DNA of 64,000 bases from an uncultured Chloroflexia bacterium (GCA_963765765.1 CAVXYC010000017.1:32001-96000), one strand, 5' to 3'; positions 29,761 to 41,465 are shown, counted from the stretch's first letter. Made by a program: numbers and translations. The notes: generated from the sequence alone by a model not told the origin.

Positions 29761-30570
29761 TCAGCTGAGTGACGTCGCGGGCTTGGCCTGACACGCCGCC
29801 TTCATCTCACCGAGATACATCCGAATATTGGGTTCGATTTGTTCCCGCTCAGACTTCTCGATGATGTCCGTCACGGCGCTGGCAACAATTGCCCCATCCG
29901 CCTGATCGCGCAGCCGAGCAATATGCTCGGGGCGCGAAATGCCGAAACCCACTACAAGGGGGTGATGAATATGCGACCGAACCCGTCCGAGAAAATCGCC
30001 CAGGTTGTTGTCCAGTGAGCTTCGCGCGCCCGTCACGCCAAGAAGCGCCACACAGTACACGAATGCGGCATCCACCTGATCAACGGCCTTGAGATGCTCA
30101 TCCGTGCTCGTGGGCGCGACCATGGGAACGTAGCCGAGATCATGACTGGCACACATCGAGCGTAGCTCGGCACTCTCGCTGAGCGGGAGATCCGGGACGA
30201 TAAACGCATCAACGCCGCTAGCGGCCGCGTCTCGTCCGAGCCGATCCAAGCCATACGCAAGTAATGGGTTGACGTAACTCATTAACGCGACGGGCGCCTT
30301 CGGACGGGCAGAGGCCAGGTCTTCAAGCGTTCGTCTGAGAGTTATTCCGCCGTCCAGCGCCTGGGCCCCGGCACTTTGCATTGTGACGCCATCCGCCAAC
30401 GGATCGGAGTAGGGCATACCCACCTCGAGTCCGTCAGCGCCACAGTCGACCATGACATCCAGAGGTCCGTCCAACTGATCGCCATCAGGGAATCCAGCGG
30501 TGAGATAGGGAAATAAACCTAGTGGTTGGCCGGAGCGGAGGTTGCGCATGGTCTGCGTAAATCGATTCAT
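29761..30570 (-). CDS. trpA: Tryptophan synthase alpha chain
   Basis: PYLTAGFP, EVGMPYSDPLADG, VPDLP, GVTGAR, VGFGIS, DGAIVAS. Confidence 0.95.
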   Translation of the reverse strand: MNRFTQTMRNLRSGQPLGLFPYLTAGFPDGDQLDGPLDVMVDCGADGLEVGMPYSDPLADGVTMQSAGAQALDGGITLRRTLEDLASARPKAPVALMSYVNPLLAYGLDRLGRDAAASGVDAFIVPDLPLSESAELRSMCASHDLGYVPMVAPTSTDEHLKAVDQVDAAFVYCVALLGVTGARSSLDNNLGDFLGRVRSHIHHPLVVGFGISRPEHIARLRDQADGAIVASAVTDIIEKSEREQIEPNIRMYLGEMKAACQAKPATSLS

Positions 30571-31798
30571 AGGCTGAATTCCGCGCGCTTCGAGCACGCT
30601 CATGACATCCTTGTCGCCGCGTGCCGGAAAGATTAACCAGCACTGTTTGCCCCGCGAGCTCGAGGAGCCTCGCGATGAACCCAGGCGAGCGCGTGCGATG
30701 ATTCAAGGGCTGGCAGGATGCCCTCCGTTCGGGACAGCAGCTCAAAAGTGTCCAGCGCTTCTGCATCGTCCGCCACGGTGTAGATCGCTCACCCAGAATC
30801 CTTGAGATAAGCGTGCTCGGGGCCAACTCCCGGGTAGTCGAGACCAGCGGAGACACTGTGCGTACCGATAACCTGGCCATCGTCGTTCTGCATGACATAG
30901 GAACGAGAGCCGTGGAGCACTCCCGGTGAGCCTGCCGTAAGCGGTGCAGCGTGCTCTCCTGTGCTCACGCCGTGATCCACCGGCTTCAACTCCCACGAGC
31001 TTCACGGACGCGTCATCCACGAAGGGGAAGAACGCGCCGATGGCGTTGCTGCCACCACCCACGCACGCGACGACCGTATCCGGCAATCGGCCAACCTGTG
31101 CAAGCATCTGTTCACGTGCTTCCTCGCCCAATGACCGATTGGAGATCGCGCACGATGGTCGGGTACGGGTGGGGCCCAACGGCCGAGCCCAGAAGGTAGT
31201 ACGTGGTGCGCACATTGGTCACCCAATCACGCATCGCCTCGTTGATGGCGTCCTTGAGTGTGCGAGTTCCCGACGTGACGGTTTCGACCTTCGCGCCCAG
31301 CAAGCGCATTCGGTAGACGTTGAGGGCCTGGCGGCGGACGTCCTCCTCGCCCATGTAGACGATGCACTCCATGCCCAGCATGGCGCACACGGTGGCACTG
31401 GCAACGCCATGCTGGCCAGCGCCGGTCTCGGCAATGATGCGCTGCTTGCCCATGCGCTTTGCGAGCAGCCCCTGGCCCGAGTGCGTTGTTGATTTTGTGT
31501 GCGCCGGTATGAGCGAGATCCTCGCGTTTGAGGTACACCTGCACATCGTGGCCGATAGCTTCGCTGAAGCGCGCCGCGTGATAGACCGGTGTCGGGCGTC
31601 CCACGTACTCGGCTGAGAGTCGGCCAGCTCTTGCTGGAAATCGGTGTCCGCCATGCGTTGGCATACGCAGCGGCGAGCTCGGCCAGGGCCGGCATGAGCA
31701 CTTCCGGGACGAACTGGCCGCCGAACACGCCGAAGTAGCCCTCGCGCACGCGTTCTCGCTCCTGATCGCTGGCTCTGCCCGGAGGTACGCATGCTCAT
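30567..31798 (-). CDS. trpB: Tryptophan synthase beta chain (many indels; reconstructed)
   Basis: Fragments in alternating frames: [77 protein letters not shown]. Confidence 0.92.
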
Positions 31799-32437
31799 GG
31801 CGTCACTCCGTCCAGCGCACGCACGGTACGCAGAAAATCGCGAATCAATTCAGTGTCCTTTTGTTTGTTGCGCTCCACCCCGGAGCTCACGTCAACGCCC
31901 CATGGCTGAGACAGTGAGATTGCGTCTGGCAACGTTGGTAGGATCGAGTCCGCCTGCCAAAATGGCGTCGCCGAGGTACGGTTTCAGCGTGGCCCAGTCG
32001 GAGGTTTCCCCGGTCCCGCCATACATCCCCTCCTGATGTGAGTCCACGAGTACTCGAGTGGCGCCGTGCTGGCCTGCATGGAACTGCGAGGCATGGAGTC
32101 CGATACGGGAATCAAGCCGAAGCGCTTTGATCGCCGGACGAATGAGGGCGCGGCAATACGCCTCGTCTTCATCGCCGCATACCTGGATCAGATCCAATGC
32201 ACAACGCTCTGCAAGACCGTTCATCGTGTCCAACGGGATGTTCACGACCACGCCCACCGCCTGCCAGCCCGCCGGTCGGTAAGCGCGGAGATGCTCAATG
32301 ATGACCGCGGCGGACTCCGGTCGGATGAACCGATGGCTTGGCGGATAGAACACGAAGCCGAGAAAGTCCGCGCCCTCGTCGAGCGCTACCTGCCCGGCCT
32401 CATACGAAGAGATTCCGCAGATCTTGACGCGCGTCAT
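31795..32437 (-). CDS. trpF: Phosphoribosylanthranilate isomerase (indel near 31927)
   Basis: [23 protein letters not shown]; after the shift, [11 protein letters not shown] ends at a TGA overlapping the trpB ATG. Confidence 0.92.
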
Positions 32438-33224
32438 GGCTGAGCCGTGGCTGGCAGGAGCGACAAGTCCGCGAGGAGCGCCGCGGGATCATCAGACAGC
32501 ATCAAGGCCTCACCCACCAGGATTGCACGGGCGCCCGCTCGATGCATGCGCTCAGCCGCGGCACGGGACGAAACGCCGCTCTCAGCCACGAACGTCGCGC
32601 TGGTCGGAACCAGCGGAGCGAGACGCTCGGTGGTCGCGATATCAGTGGTGAGCGTATCAAGGTCGCGATTGTTCACTCCAATCAGCGAGGCGCCAACGGC
32701 GCATGCGCGCCCCAACTCGCCTTCGTCATGGATCTCGACCAGCGCGGAAAGGTTCAGGTCAAGCGCCAGCGCATGGAGCTCGCGGAAGAGCTCGTGCTCC
32801 AGCGCTCTAACAATGAGGAGCACCGCGTCAGCACCCAGCGCACGCGCCTCCCACACCTGGTACGGATCCACGACGAAATCTTTTCGAAGACCGGTAGCCG
32901 GCACGCGTCCCGAGCCTGCCGTAGATCGGCGTCGGACCCATCGAAGAACTGTTCGTCTGTGAGCACCGACATGGCCGCGGCTCCGCCTCGCTCGTAGATC
33001 TCCGCCTGGATTGCAGGGTCAATCTGAGCTTTCAGCAGGCCACTGGCAGGAGAGCGGCGCTTGAGCTCCGCGATGACACCAAAATCTCTGCCCCGAAGGG
33101 AGTTGAGGAACCCACGAACGGGAGATGCATCCGCTGCGCTCCTCTGGACTTCGCTGAGAGGCAGCGACTGCTTTCGCGCCTCGACCTCCTCATGTTTTAC
33201 GGCGAGTATTCGATCAAGAATCAT
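32434..33224 (-). CDS. trpC: Indole-3-glycerol phosphate synthase (indel near 32890)
   Basis: VIAELKRRSP, SVLTDEQFF; then LRKDFVVD, GVNNRDL, VAESGV, LVGEALM. Confidence 0.93.
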
Positions 33225-34266
33225 GAGCCACTGCCCGTGCCGTACTGCTGTTTCAGCCGAGCAGACACAAGACGGATGTCCTCGAGCTTGGATCGCGCCG
33301 CGCCACTATCCAGCGCTTCAGCAGCCTTCGAGACGCCATCAGCTATCGAGCCTGCTATTCCCGCCACGTACGCGCCCGCGCCAGCATTGAGCAGCACCAC
33401 GTCACGCGGTGCACCACGCTCACCCCCGAGGACAGACCGCGCGATACCCAAATTGTCTTCCACGGTTCCGCCTCGTATGGCGCTCTGATCGGCGATAGGG
33501 ATGTCATAGTTCCTCGAGGCGAGATCGTGAACGGTTGGACCTTACCGTTCTCAACGTCGTAGGCCTGCGTGGGACCGCTGATCGTAATCTCGTCCAATCC
33601 GTCCGAACCGTGGATCACGACCGACTTTTTCGTGCCTAGTAGCGCCGCGACTTCTGCAATGGTCTGTGTGAGCTCAGCCACCGCGACTCCCGTAAGCTGA
33701 CGTCCAGCTCGTGCTGGGTTGGAGATGGGGCCCAGGAGATTGAAGACTGTGCGCACACCGACCTCGCGGCGGGGAGCCATAACGTGGCGCATGGCCGGAT
33801 GATAGAGTGGCGCGAACATGAAGCCAAAGCCACATTCCTTGACGGACTGCGCCACGCCTTCGGGTGGCAAATCGATTGCGATGCCCAGGGCTTCCAGAAT
33901 ATCCGCGGCGCCACAAGAGCTGGTAATTCCGCGGTTGCCGTGCTTGGCCACCTTGCCGCCGAGTGACGAAACCACGATGGCGGAGATGGTGGAGATATTG
34001 AATGTCCGAGAACCGTCGCCCCCAGTTCCTACCAGGTCAATGACGTCATCACCCGCGTCCACTCGCGTGGCGTACTCGCGCATGATCTGAGCGAACCCGG
34101 CGACTTCTTCGGCCGTCTCCCCTTTCATTCTGAGTGCAACCATTAGCGCCGCGACCTGTGCCGGCGTGGCCAGTCCTTCAGCGATATCTCGCATGGCGCC
34201 AGCAGCTTCCTCTTGCGAGAGGGAGTGGCCGTCTACCAGGTGGACGACGGCGTCTTTCACGTTCAT
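33221..34266 (-). CDS. trpD: Anthranilate phosphoribosyltransferase (indels near 33510)
   Basis: DLVGTGGD, FNIST, KHGNR, RTVFNLLGP, DGLDEI; then VLLNAGA, ALDSGAA. Confidence 0.94.
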
Positions 34267-34862
34267 GCCGGTACCCCCTCCCGCGATCGCTCAACCGCGG
34301 CGATGTTCAGAAAGTTTTCCAGGAGCTGCTTGCCCGAATGGGTGAGCACCGATTCAGGATGAAACTGCACCCCGTGGATCGGAGCCGTTCGATGTTTGAC
34401 ACCCATGATCAGGCCATCGTCGGTTTGAGCGGTCACTTCCAATGCCGCCGGAAGCGTGCTCGCATCGGCGATGAGCGAATGGTAGCGCACCGCTTCGAAC
34501 GGGTTGTCAAGTCCGGCGAAGATGCCCGTGTCGTTGTGGCGAATCATCGACGTCTTGCCATGCCGAAGCTCAGATGCACGGATCACGTCGCCACCGAATG
34601 CAGCCGTAATGCACTGATGGCCCAGACATACCCCGAGAAGCGGGATTCGCTCGCCGAGGCGCTGGATTGTCGCGATGGAAATGCCACCGTCTTCCGGACG
34701 TCCAGGTCCGGGAGAGATGACGATGGCTTCTGGTGCCATTTGCTCCACGTCATCTACGGTCAGCGCATCATTGCGGCGCACCTCAACCTTTGCGCCGAGC
34801 TCGCACAGATATTGGTAGAGGTTGTAGGTAAACGAATCGTAATTATCGATGAGCAAGATCAT
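34263..34862 (-). CDS. trpG: Anthranilate synthase component II (glutamine amidotransferase)
   Basis: LIDNYDSFTYNL, SPGPGRP, GVCLGHQ, RYHSL, VQFHPES. Confidence 0.95.
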   Translation of the reverse strand: MILLIDNYDSFTYNLYQYLCELGAKVEVRRNDALTVDDVEQMAPEAIVISPGPGRPEDGGISIATIQRLGERIPLLGVCLGHQCITAAFGGDVIRASELRHGKTSMIRHNDTGIFAGLDNPFEAVRYHSLIADASTLPAALEVTAQTDDGLIMGVKHRTAPIHGVQFHPESVLTHSGKQLLENFLNIAAVERSREGVPA

Positions 34863-36418
34863 GATCGCGCACTTCCTTCACCGCTTACTGAAGCCCGCTC
34901 GCGCACGGCCACAGTCTCAGCGACACGCTCGCCGATTCGTTCCGGTGCACAGCCGCCACAGCGGTGAGCGCTGCGCGAGCCTTATGAAGCGTCTCCTCGT
35001 ACTCCGCCGTCGGGTCGGAATCCGCGACGACGCCTCCACCGGCCTGGACGTGAGCTTGACCATCTTTGATCACCATCGTTCTGATAGTGATGGCTACTTC
35101 CAGATCGCCGTTGAAGCCGAAGAACCCGGTTGCGCCGGCATAGGGGCCACGTTCATCGTTCTCGAGCTCCGCAATGATCTCCATGGCCCGAATCTTGGGT
35201 GCGCCGGAGACTGTACCCGCCGGGAAAGCAGGATCGCAGGGCGTCAACTGGCCGCATGGCGTCAGTGAGTCGGCCCTCCACATTCGAGACAAGGTGCATG
35301 ACGTGTGAATAGCGCTCGATCTCCATAAGCCGGCTGACCCGGACGGAGCCAGGCTTGCTTACACGGCCCAGATCGTTGCGACCCAGGTCGACGAGCATGA
35401 CGTGTTCGGCGCGCTCTTTTTCGTTCTCCGAAAGCTCCACGGCCAGCTCGTCATCCTCTTCGGTGGTCGCTCCGCGTGGACGCGTGCCCGCGATCGGGTG
35501 CGTGACGATCCGTCCCTCTTCCACCAGGACCAGCAGCTCAGGTGAGGCGCCCACAACCTGCATGTCGCCGAAGTCGATGAAGTACATATACGGCGATGGA
35601 TTGAGCACCCGAAGCGCGCGGTATACGGCAAACGGGTCTGCCTCGCATTTCACAGTCAGGCGCTGCGATGGCACAACCTGAATGATGTCGCCCGCCGCGA
35701 TGTAATCCTTCGCCCGAAGTACTCGATCTTCATACTCCTGCTGAGTAACATTGGACTGAACATCGAGATCGGCTGGAGTGGCATTGCTGCGCAGTTCGAG
35801 TGGCATTGACGGCGTTGGCGCTTGAAGCCGATTGACTACCGAATTTAGGCGAGATGCCGCCGCTTGATATGCGTCATCCAGTTTGCCTTTCAGCTCCATC
35901 AAAGTCAGTACTTTGATGGTCCGCCGCAGGTGGTCAAAGACAACCAGCGTATCGACCAGGAGCAATTGTCCCAGGGGCAGATTAAGTGGATTCCTGGGCG
36001 CCTTCGGGAGTCGCTCGAAGTACGTCGCACACTCGTAAGAGAGATACCCAACGCCACCACCCAGGAAGCGGGGAAGGCCCTTAACCGGCGGGATGCTGGG
36101 TACGCGTACCAGTGAATCGATGAGATCCAACGGGTCGGAGAAGGCCAGTTCCTCCGTTTTGCCATCGCGCTGGAGCGTGGCCGTGCCACGGCCGATACGC
36201 AGATGGCCGCGCGGCTCGCTGGCGAGGAACGAGTAGCGGGCGAGATGCTCGCCGCCTTCGATGCTCTCCAGCAGGAATGCCGGTCCGCGTCGTCGAAGCT
36301 TGAGATAGGCCGAAACGGGCGTCTCGAGGTCAGCGAGGATCTCGCAGCTCAGCATGACGGCCGGATAGTCCTCTGCTGCAAGCGCGCGAGTCTCCTCGAG
36401 CGTCGGTGTGAGGTTCAT
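34859..36418 (-). CDS. trpE: Anthranilate synthase component I (indels near 35230-35260, probably also near 34930)
   Basis: [32 protein letters not shown]; then [25 protein letters not shown]. Confidence 0.94.
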
Positions 36419-37446
36419 TAACGCCCCCCAAGCTGCGCCATGCGCTGCGCTTCGAGGTAGCTCAGCCCCATGGCTTCGCGCACCAGGTGATTCGTCTCCT
36501 GCGCTTGACGTCGGGCGACTTTACTGCCCTCGATGATGATCTCCTCCAGCATTGCCGGATTCGATTCGAGTTTCAACCTGCGCTCACGAATCGGATCAAG
36601 GAATCCATTGAGCGCGGCGGTCAACTTCTTCTTGACCTCGACATCGCCAACTTTGCCGGCTCGATAGCGCTCTTTCAGGTCATCCACCTCGGCAGTGTCG
36701 TCGTTGAACGCGTCGTGATATGTGAACACGGGGTTGCCCTCGACATGGCCAGGATCCGTGGCGCGAAGTCGTGTCGGATCGGTGTACATACCGCGGACCT
36801 TCTGCTCAACAACCTCGGGCGGGTCACTGAGCATGATTGCGTTGCCCACACTCTTACTCATCTTGGCCTGGCCGTCCGTGCCCACGAGCGTCGGAACATC
36901 ACCGATGAGCGTGTCGGGAAGCGGGAACACTTCTTTGTAAAGTGTGTTGAAGCGATTCGCGATCTCGCGCGTGACTTCCAGGTGCGATGCCTGATCCTTG
37001 CCCACTGGGACGATGCTGGCGCGGACCATCAGAATGTCCGCTGCTTGAAGCACCGGGTAGCTCAACAGCCCCAGTGATGCCGTCTCAATTTTGAGATCGC
37101 GCATGACATCCTTGAGCGTCGGCACGCGCTGAAGTCGGGGCACAGAGCACAACATGGTGAAGAACAGGAACAGCTCGCTGACATCGGGCACCAGCGATTG
37201 AAGGTAGATGGTGCTTCGTTCAGGATCAATTCCGACGCTGAGGTAATCGAGCACGAGCTCGCGGACGTTCTCTCCAACTGCTGAGAGGTCCTCGTACGCG
37301 GTGGTCAACGCGTGATAGTCGGCGATCAGGAAATAGCATTCGTAGTCGTCCTGCAGACGAACGCGGTTGGCCAGTGAGCCGACGTAGTGGCCAAGATGGA
37401 GCTTTCCGGTGGGATGATCCCCGGTGAGCAAGCGTGGCTTAGGCAA
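36418..37446 (-). CDS. trpS: Tryptophan--tRNA ligase
   Basis: PTGKLHLGHY (HIGH), YPVLQAAD, GKDQ, KMSKS. TTG start at 37446 follows a GGAGGT SD. Confidence 0.96.
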   Translation of the reverse strand: MPKPRLLTGDHPTGKLHLGHYVGSLANRVRLQDDYECYFLIADYHALTTAYEDLSAVGENVRELVLDYLSVGIDPERSTIYLQSLVPDVSELFLFFTMLCSVPRLQRVPTLKDVMRDLKIETASLGLLSYPVLQAADILMVRASIVPVGKDQASHLEVTREIANRFNTLYKEVFPLPDTLIGDVPTLVGTDGQAKMSKSVGNAIMLSDPPEVVEQKVRGMYTDPTRLRATDPGHVEGNPVFTYHDAFNDDTAEVDDLKERYRAGKVGDVEVKKKLTAALNGFLDPIRERRLKLESNPAMLEEIIIEGSKVARRQAQETNHLVREAMGLSYLEAQRMAQLGGR

Positions 37447-37465
37447 TGTGCACCTCCAAGACATA

Positions 37466-37750
37466 CAAAACGCCCCTCCGTCCGACAGGGACGAGGGGCG
37501 CTCTCGTGGTGCCACCCTGTTTTGATCCGCCGTGAGCGGATCCTCATTTCGAGTACGGACGCGCCGTAGCACATCGATACTCTAGACCGTGATAACGGTG
37601 GTCGCTCCGTCAACGCCTACACAGCTCGTCAGAGACGAACGTTCGGGTCGCAACTCCCAGGTCCATTCGGGGCGTTCACAGCGCCGACTCACACCAGCCG
37701 TCGGCTCTCTGAGCTGCTACCCGCCCGTACTCTTCCTGTTCGCAGTCTTT
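37466..37750 (-). promoter_or_regulatory. Trp T-box riboswitch (tRNA-dependent antiterminator)
   Basis: Stem I has AGTA, AGAGAG and GGTG-GAG boxes; specifier loop GAA-TGG-A (UGG at 37665-37663); antiterminator AAAACAGGGTGGCACCACG...CGTCCCTG; terminator CGCCCCTC/GAGGGGCG-TTTT. Confidence 0.93.
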
Positions 37751-37765
37751 GAATATTGTCGGGTC

Positions 37766-37796
37766 ATTATAGGCAGTCAATGTTCGCAGTCGTCAA
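37766..37796 (-). promoter_or_regulatory. Probable promoter of the T-box leader
   Basis: TATAAT at 37771-37766 with TTGACG upstream; the 19-nt spacer is suboptimal. Confidence 0.45.
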
Positions 37797-37867
37797 GGAA
37801 TTCTCTCTCGTTTTCCGATACCGGCGTCAGAATGGTTCAGAAGGGCGCTTTGGAGTGCGTCGCGCCG

Positions 37868-38439
37868 CTAATGGAGTTTCGCCTCGCGCAACTTCTCATA
37901 CCGCGCGCCCGAAGGACCGAGATGGCTCTGGAACAAGATTAACCGGTCGATCTTTGCCGGCTCCGGCCGCGACTGAAGATTAAGCGCCGCGATCGCTTCC
38001 TTAAATGCGATCGGTGCCGGGCTTCCGGGCTCTTCCAAGCGTCACATGCGCACGAAATGGCGCGGTGTCGAGTTTGAGGTTAGAGAGCTCATCGATCAAG
38101 CGCCGTTGAGCGGTCGCAAGCACTCCGCCATCATCGCAGGTCAGCCAGACCAACCGTGGTCTGCCGAGCTGTCCGGGCGCGCCCAGATCGCCGGGCAGAG
38201 AGGTGGAATGAGTGCGTCAGGTCGGCAACGGTCGTGATAGCTCGTTCAACGCGCGGGATGATGGAGGCCGGTTGAGAACCCAGAAACAAGACGGTTAGAT
38301 GCCAGGTGTCTTGACCCATCCAGCGGAAGTAACCGGGCAGCGCATGGTCTAAACCGAGCTGGGCCGTCTGGAGCCACGCATACCAGGACTCAGGTACCGG
38401 CGCGGCAATGAAAAGGCGCTTCCGCTCGCTCGTGTTCAC
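37868..38439 (-). CDS. thpR: RNA 2',3'-cyclic phosphodiesterase (2H family; indels)
   Basis: RLFIA, first motif HLTVLFLG, second motif FRAHVTLGR in a shifted frame, C-terminal LFQSHLGPSGARYE. Confidence 0.85.
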
Positions 38440-38814
38440 ACCTCAGTTGTACGCCGAAGATGAGCGAACGAGCGAGCGGAAACGACCTAGGGGTCAGCCG
38501 GTGAAGTCGAGGCGCTGGCCGAGAATCGCGTCCGCGGAGTGAATGAGCTACAGCGCCGCGGCGCCGCCGCTGCCTGGACGGAATGGCATAGGACAACGCA
38601 GCCTGTGCCAGGCTGGTAGCAAGGCTGAGCGCTGCGGCATCCAATCCATCGGAGCCGCTGAGAATATCAGCATCGAGAAGGTCGTTGAAGATGGCTACGT
38701 TCATGCCAGGTCTGAGATGGCGAGATCCGTAGCCCCGCCGCGCTGCACCGTTTCGATTGCGCTAATCTGATCCATAGTCATCGAGTAGAACGGAGGATAC
38801 CGCCCGACTGCCAT
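38436..38814 (-). CDS. Small hypothetical protein (frame broken)
   Basis: Coding-like fragments fill the gap between the GNAT gene and thpR; no recognisable motif. Confidence 0.25.
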
Positions 38815-38826
38815 CGTGTCCGCGAC

Positions 38827-39332
38827 TCACGGACTCGATGAGCGGAGACGAGGTTGATTGCCTGCCTCTGGCGACCATCGATACGCCAGGCTTGGATGCC
38901 CCGTTCTGGGATGTCTTGCGCTCTCGCCTACAATCCAACCGTGTCGCTCGTAGAAGGCTCGGGCCTTGGTGTTCGATTCCAGTGTGGTCAATCGAAGGCC
39001 TCTAGGGCAGCGTTGCATGGCTTCCTCCAAGAGGAGTGAACCGACGCCACGTTGCTGATACTCGGGCGAGACGTAAAGAAGGTGGAGGTACCCCTCCGCC
39101 TCGCGTAGCGCCATGAACCCAGCGGGATATCCGTTGAACTCGGCAATCAGCACAGTTTCGTTCGGCAGAATCTCTGTATGAAAGCGCTGTTCCCACAGCT
39201 CGATCGGCTGCGGGTGCTCCAGATCCGTGATGTCGCGTGCCAGGTATCGAACCAGAACTTGACAAGCTGAGGGACATCATCTTCCGATGCCGCCCGAAAC
39301 ACGATCTCGGAGTCAGTCACGCGCCTCAACAC
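38827..39332 (-). CDS. GNAT family acetyltransferase (indel near 39235)
   Basis: FRAASEDDVPQL at the N-terminus; LYVSPEYQQRGVGSLLL and NTKARAFYERHGW. Confidence 0.85.
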
Positions 39333-39695
39333 CGGGCCAATTCTCTGGACTTTGCGTCACCATCCGATGCATGTTCTCAAACATGCTCAACTGAGCCTCC
39401 GTCGCATCTGATGTCGTGAGTCACTCACCTCCGAGCCGGCCATCCGGACGGATACGGATGTAGTTTACTCGAAGCCCAAACCATGATTTGCGTGCGCCCC
39501 ACTAGTGTTCAGCAATCGCTACGCACGTGATAAGTTACTTGGAGAGAAATAGGTGCCCCAAGGTGTCGATTGGAGAAGCGCGACGAATAGTGACGCAAAG
39601 CCATCAATTCTGCCCAGAAATGGGTTCAGTTCTTGCCTACGGCACCCTGGGGGTTACCCCTCAGGTCCCAGTGGCACGTTTCTGGTACATATGGA

Positions 39696-40219
39696 ATGGA
39701 GGACAAAAGACCGGTGGTAAAGACGAATAGCGCTCGAATTAGGAAATGGGCCTGGTCGACGTTGGCGGGTTTGGGCATCGGCCTGGTAGCGCTGCTACTG
39801 CAGGAGCCCCTGGTTGGATTTGCCAAGGAATTTGCAATCTCTGGAACGGTGGACTGTGGTCGCCGTGCTGAGCAATTGTGCTCGTTCGATGATTCTCAAC
39901 CAATGATGGTGGTTCACACCAGGGATATCAGTGGAGTGATGGAGCGCGTCGTGGTTGACATCTCCTGGATCATGCCTCATATCCGGGAGCAGGACATAGA
40001 TCAGGACGACCCCATCTGCATGGATGTGGAGAACAAGCCCGACGGCACATTGCGGGCGATCGCTTACACACATCTGTGCGGCGAGAAGGGGACGGATAAT
40101 CCTGGCATGTCGACCGAAGATGATGACGTCGAAGAGCAGGGCGATGATGACGATGATGATGACGATGATGATGATGACGACTGATGATGATGACGACGAT
40201 CGATGACGACGACGATTAG
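39696..40219 (+). CDS. Exported hypothetical protein with C-terminal poly-Asp tract
   Basis: N-terminal hydrophobic segment, four Cys, then (GAY)n. As read it stops at 40184; removing two single-base insertions extends poly-D to the TAG at 40217-40219. Confidence 0.6.
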
Positions 40220-40260
40220 GAAGGCGGCTTCAGCCAGAGATTAACATCGGAACCGAGTAG

Positions 40261-40304
40261 AACCATAGGGGCTGGTCAACTACAGTTGACCAGCCCCTAT
40301 GGTT
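40261..40304. terminator. Perfect 21-bp inverted repeat (probable terminator)
   Basis: AACCATAGGGGCTGGTCAACT-ac-AGTTGACCAGCCCCTATGGTT between convergent genes. Confidence 0.75.
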
Positions 40305-40528
40305 TCTATCTGGGTCTCAACGGAGCCACCAAAGGTTCTTGATCATTCGAGGTAACGTCGCATCCGTGACCCACTAAATTGGAAAAGGCCGTGGTGTAGC
40401 AAGTCGCTGCCCGGTCAGATCGCCAGGTGCGCTAGTCCATTGTGACTAGTCCGTCAATTTTGGTACCCCGGACACTTGGATGCGTGACGTGCCAGGGCCG
40501 GCGTACCGCGGAGATCCGGAGCGGTCCA

Positions 40529-40855
40529 TTATTCGCCAGGCGCGCGATAGCCGATCGTTTGGGCGCGCTCCAGGGCCGCCAGTGTCTCCTCGACGGCCAA
40601 TAGAGCGGTCGTCTCGCACTTGGAGAGGGCTCCACCGGCACTCAGCGCCATTGCTACGGCCGCCATAGACACGTTGTCCGGAGCTTCCCAGAGGGTGATG
40701 CCGTCGTACTCTCCGAACGCGTACCAGAAGCCGTGGAGTTTGCCGCCAACCGACTCGATGTAGGACCGGGCCGCGTCGCGTCGGTCCTCGGGATGCTTGG
40801 CCAATCGCGCCCAGGTCTCGGGCGTGTAGCTGAAGCGCGTCAAGTACATCGGCAT
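40529..40855 (-). CDS. GYD domain-containing protein
   Basis: MYLTRFSYTPE, ESVGGKL, AFGEYD; AAGGAG SD. Confidence 0.88.
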   Translation of the reverse strand: MPMYLTRFSYTPETWARLAKHPEDRRDAARSYIESVGGKLHGFWYAFGEYDGITLWEAPDNVSMAAVAMALSAGGALSKCETTALLAVEETLAALERAQTIGYRAPGE

Positions 40856-41048
40856 AGTCCAGCTCCTTGGTCTTTTAGGCACTCATTATTGTCCCAACGT
40901 CCGAGGGTGACAAGCCTCGTAGAGGATGGGGCGCCCTTGAATTCCCAAGTTGTGTGAACGGTGAAAACGCTCAGCGGGCCGAGTCAGGGTCCGAAGTCCA
41001 GCATCTAGTGAGTCGTGCTTCGATGCCTCGCAAATCGAGACTTCGGAG

Positions 41049-41385
41049 TCAGTCATGTGGCTCCACGACCCAGAACTCATTTCCCTCGGGATCTTGCATA
41101 ACGGTCCAGTCCATGTTCTGATACGAGCTCATCTCGCCCTGGGTAGCGCCTAGTACAACTCTAGTCGCTGCACCTCACGCTCGCGACTGTCCGCCTCGAG
41201 ATCGACGTGCGTGCGGATCTTGACCGTTTTGGATTCAGGCACCTGGAGCAGCAAGATGTGTGGGAGGCCTCGCTAGGGCGGGACCGGGTCGGCCACCCAC
41301 TCATTGGAGACGCAATGGAGAGCCGTCGCGGCCTGCCACAAGGCAGCCAGGCGTGACGGGTCCTTGCCGTCCATTGTGATGTCTA
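41049..41385 (-). pseudogene. Degraded tandem copy of the VOC/glyoxalase gene
   Basis: DITMDGKDPSRLAALWQAAT...(TAG)...VPESKTVKIRTHVDLEAD...WTVMQDPEGNEF parallels 41466-41850; has an internal stop, a frameshift and no clear start. Confidence 0.75.
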
Positions 41386-41465
41386 AATCAACTTGGTACC
41401 CAGCGCCGGTGAATTCGCTGGGAGGCAGGAGTAGGGGGCTTTAGCCCGGGGATCCCAGCGTTGGA

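Noticed and set aside
37447-37572. N-terminal extension of TrpS or a leader peptide
   Set aside because: This is the T-box antiterminator/terminator; the SD points to TTG at 37446.
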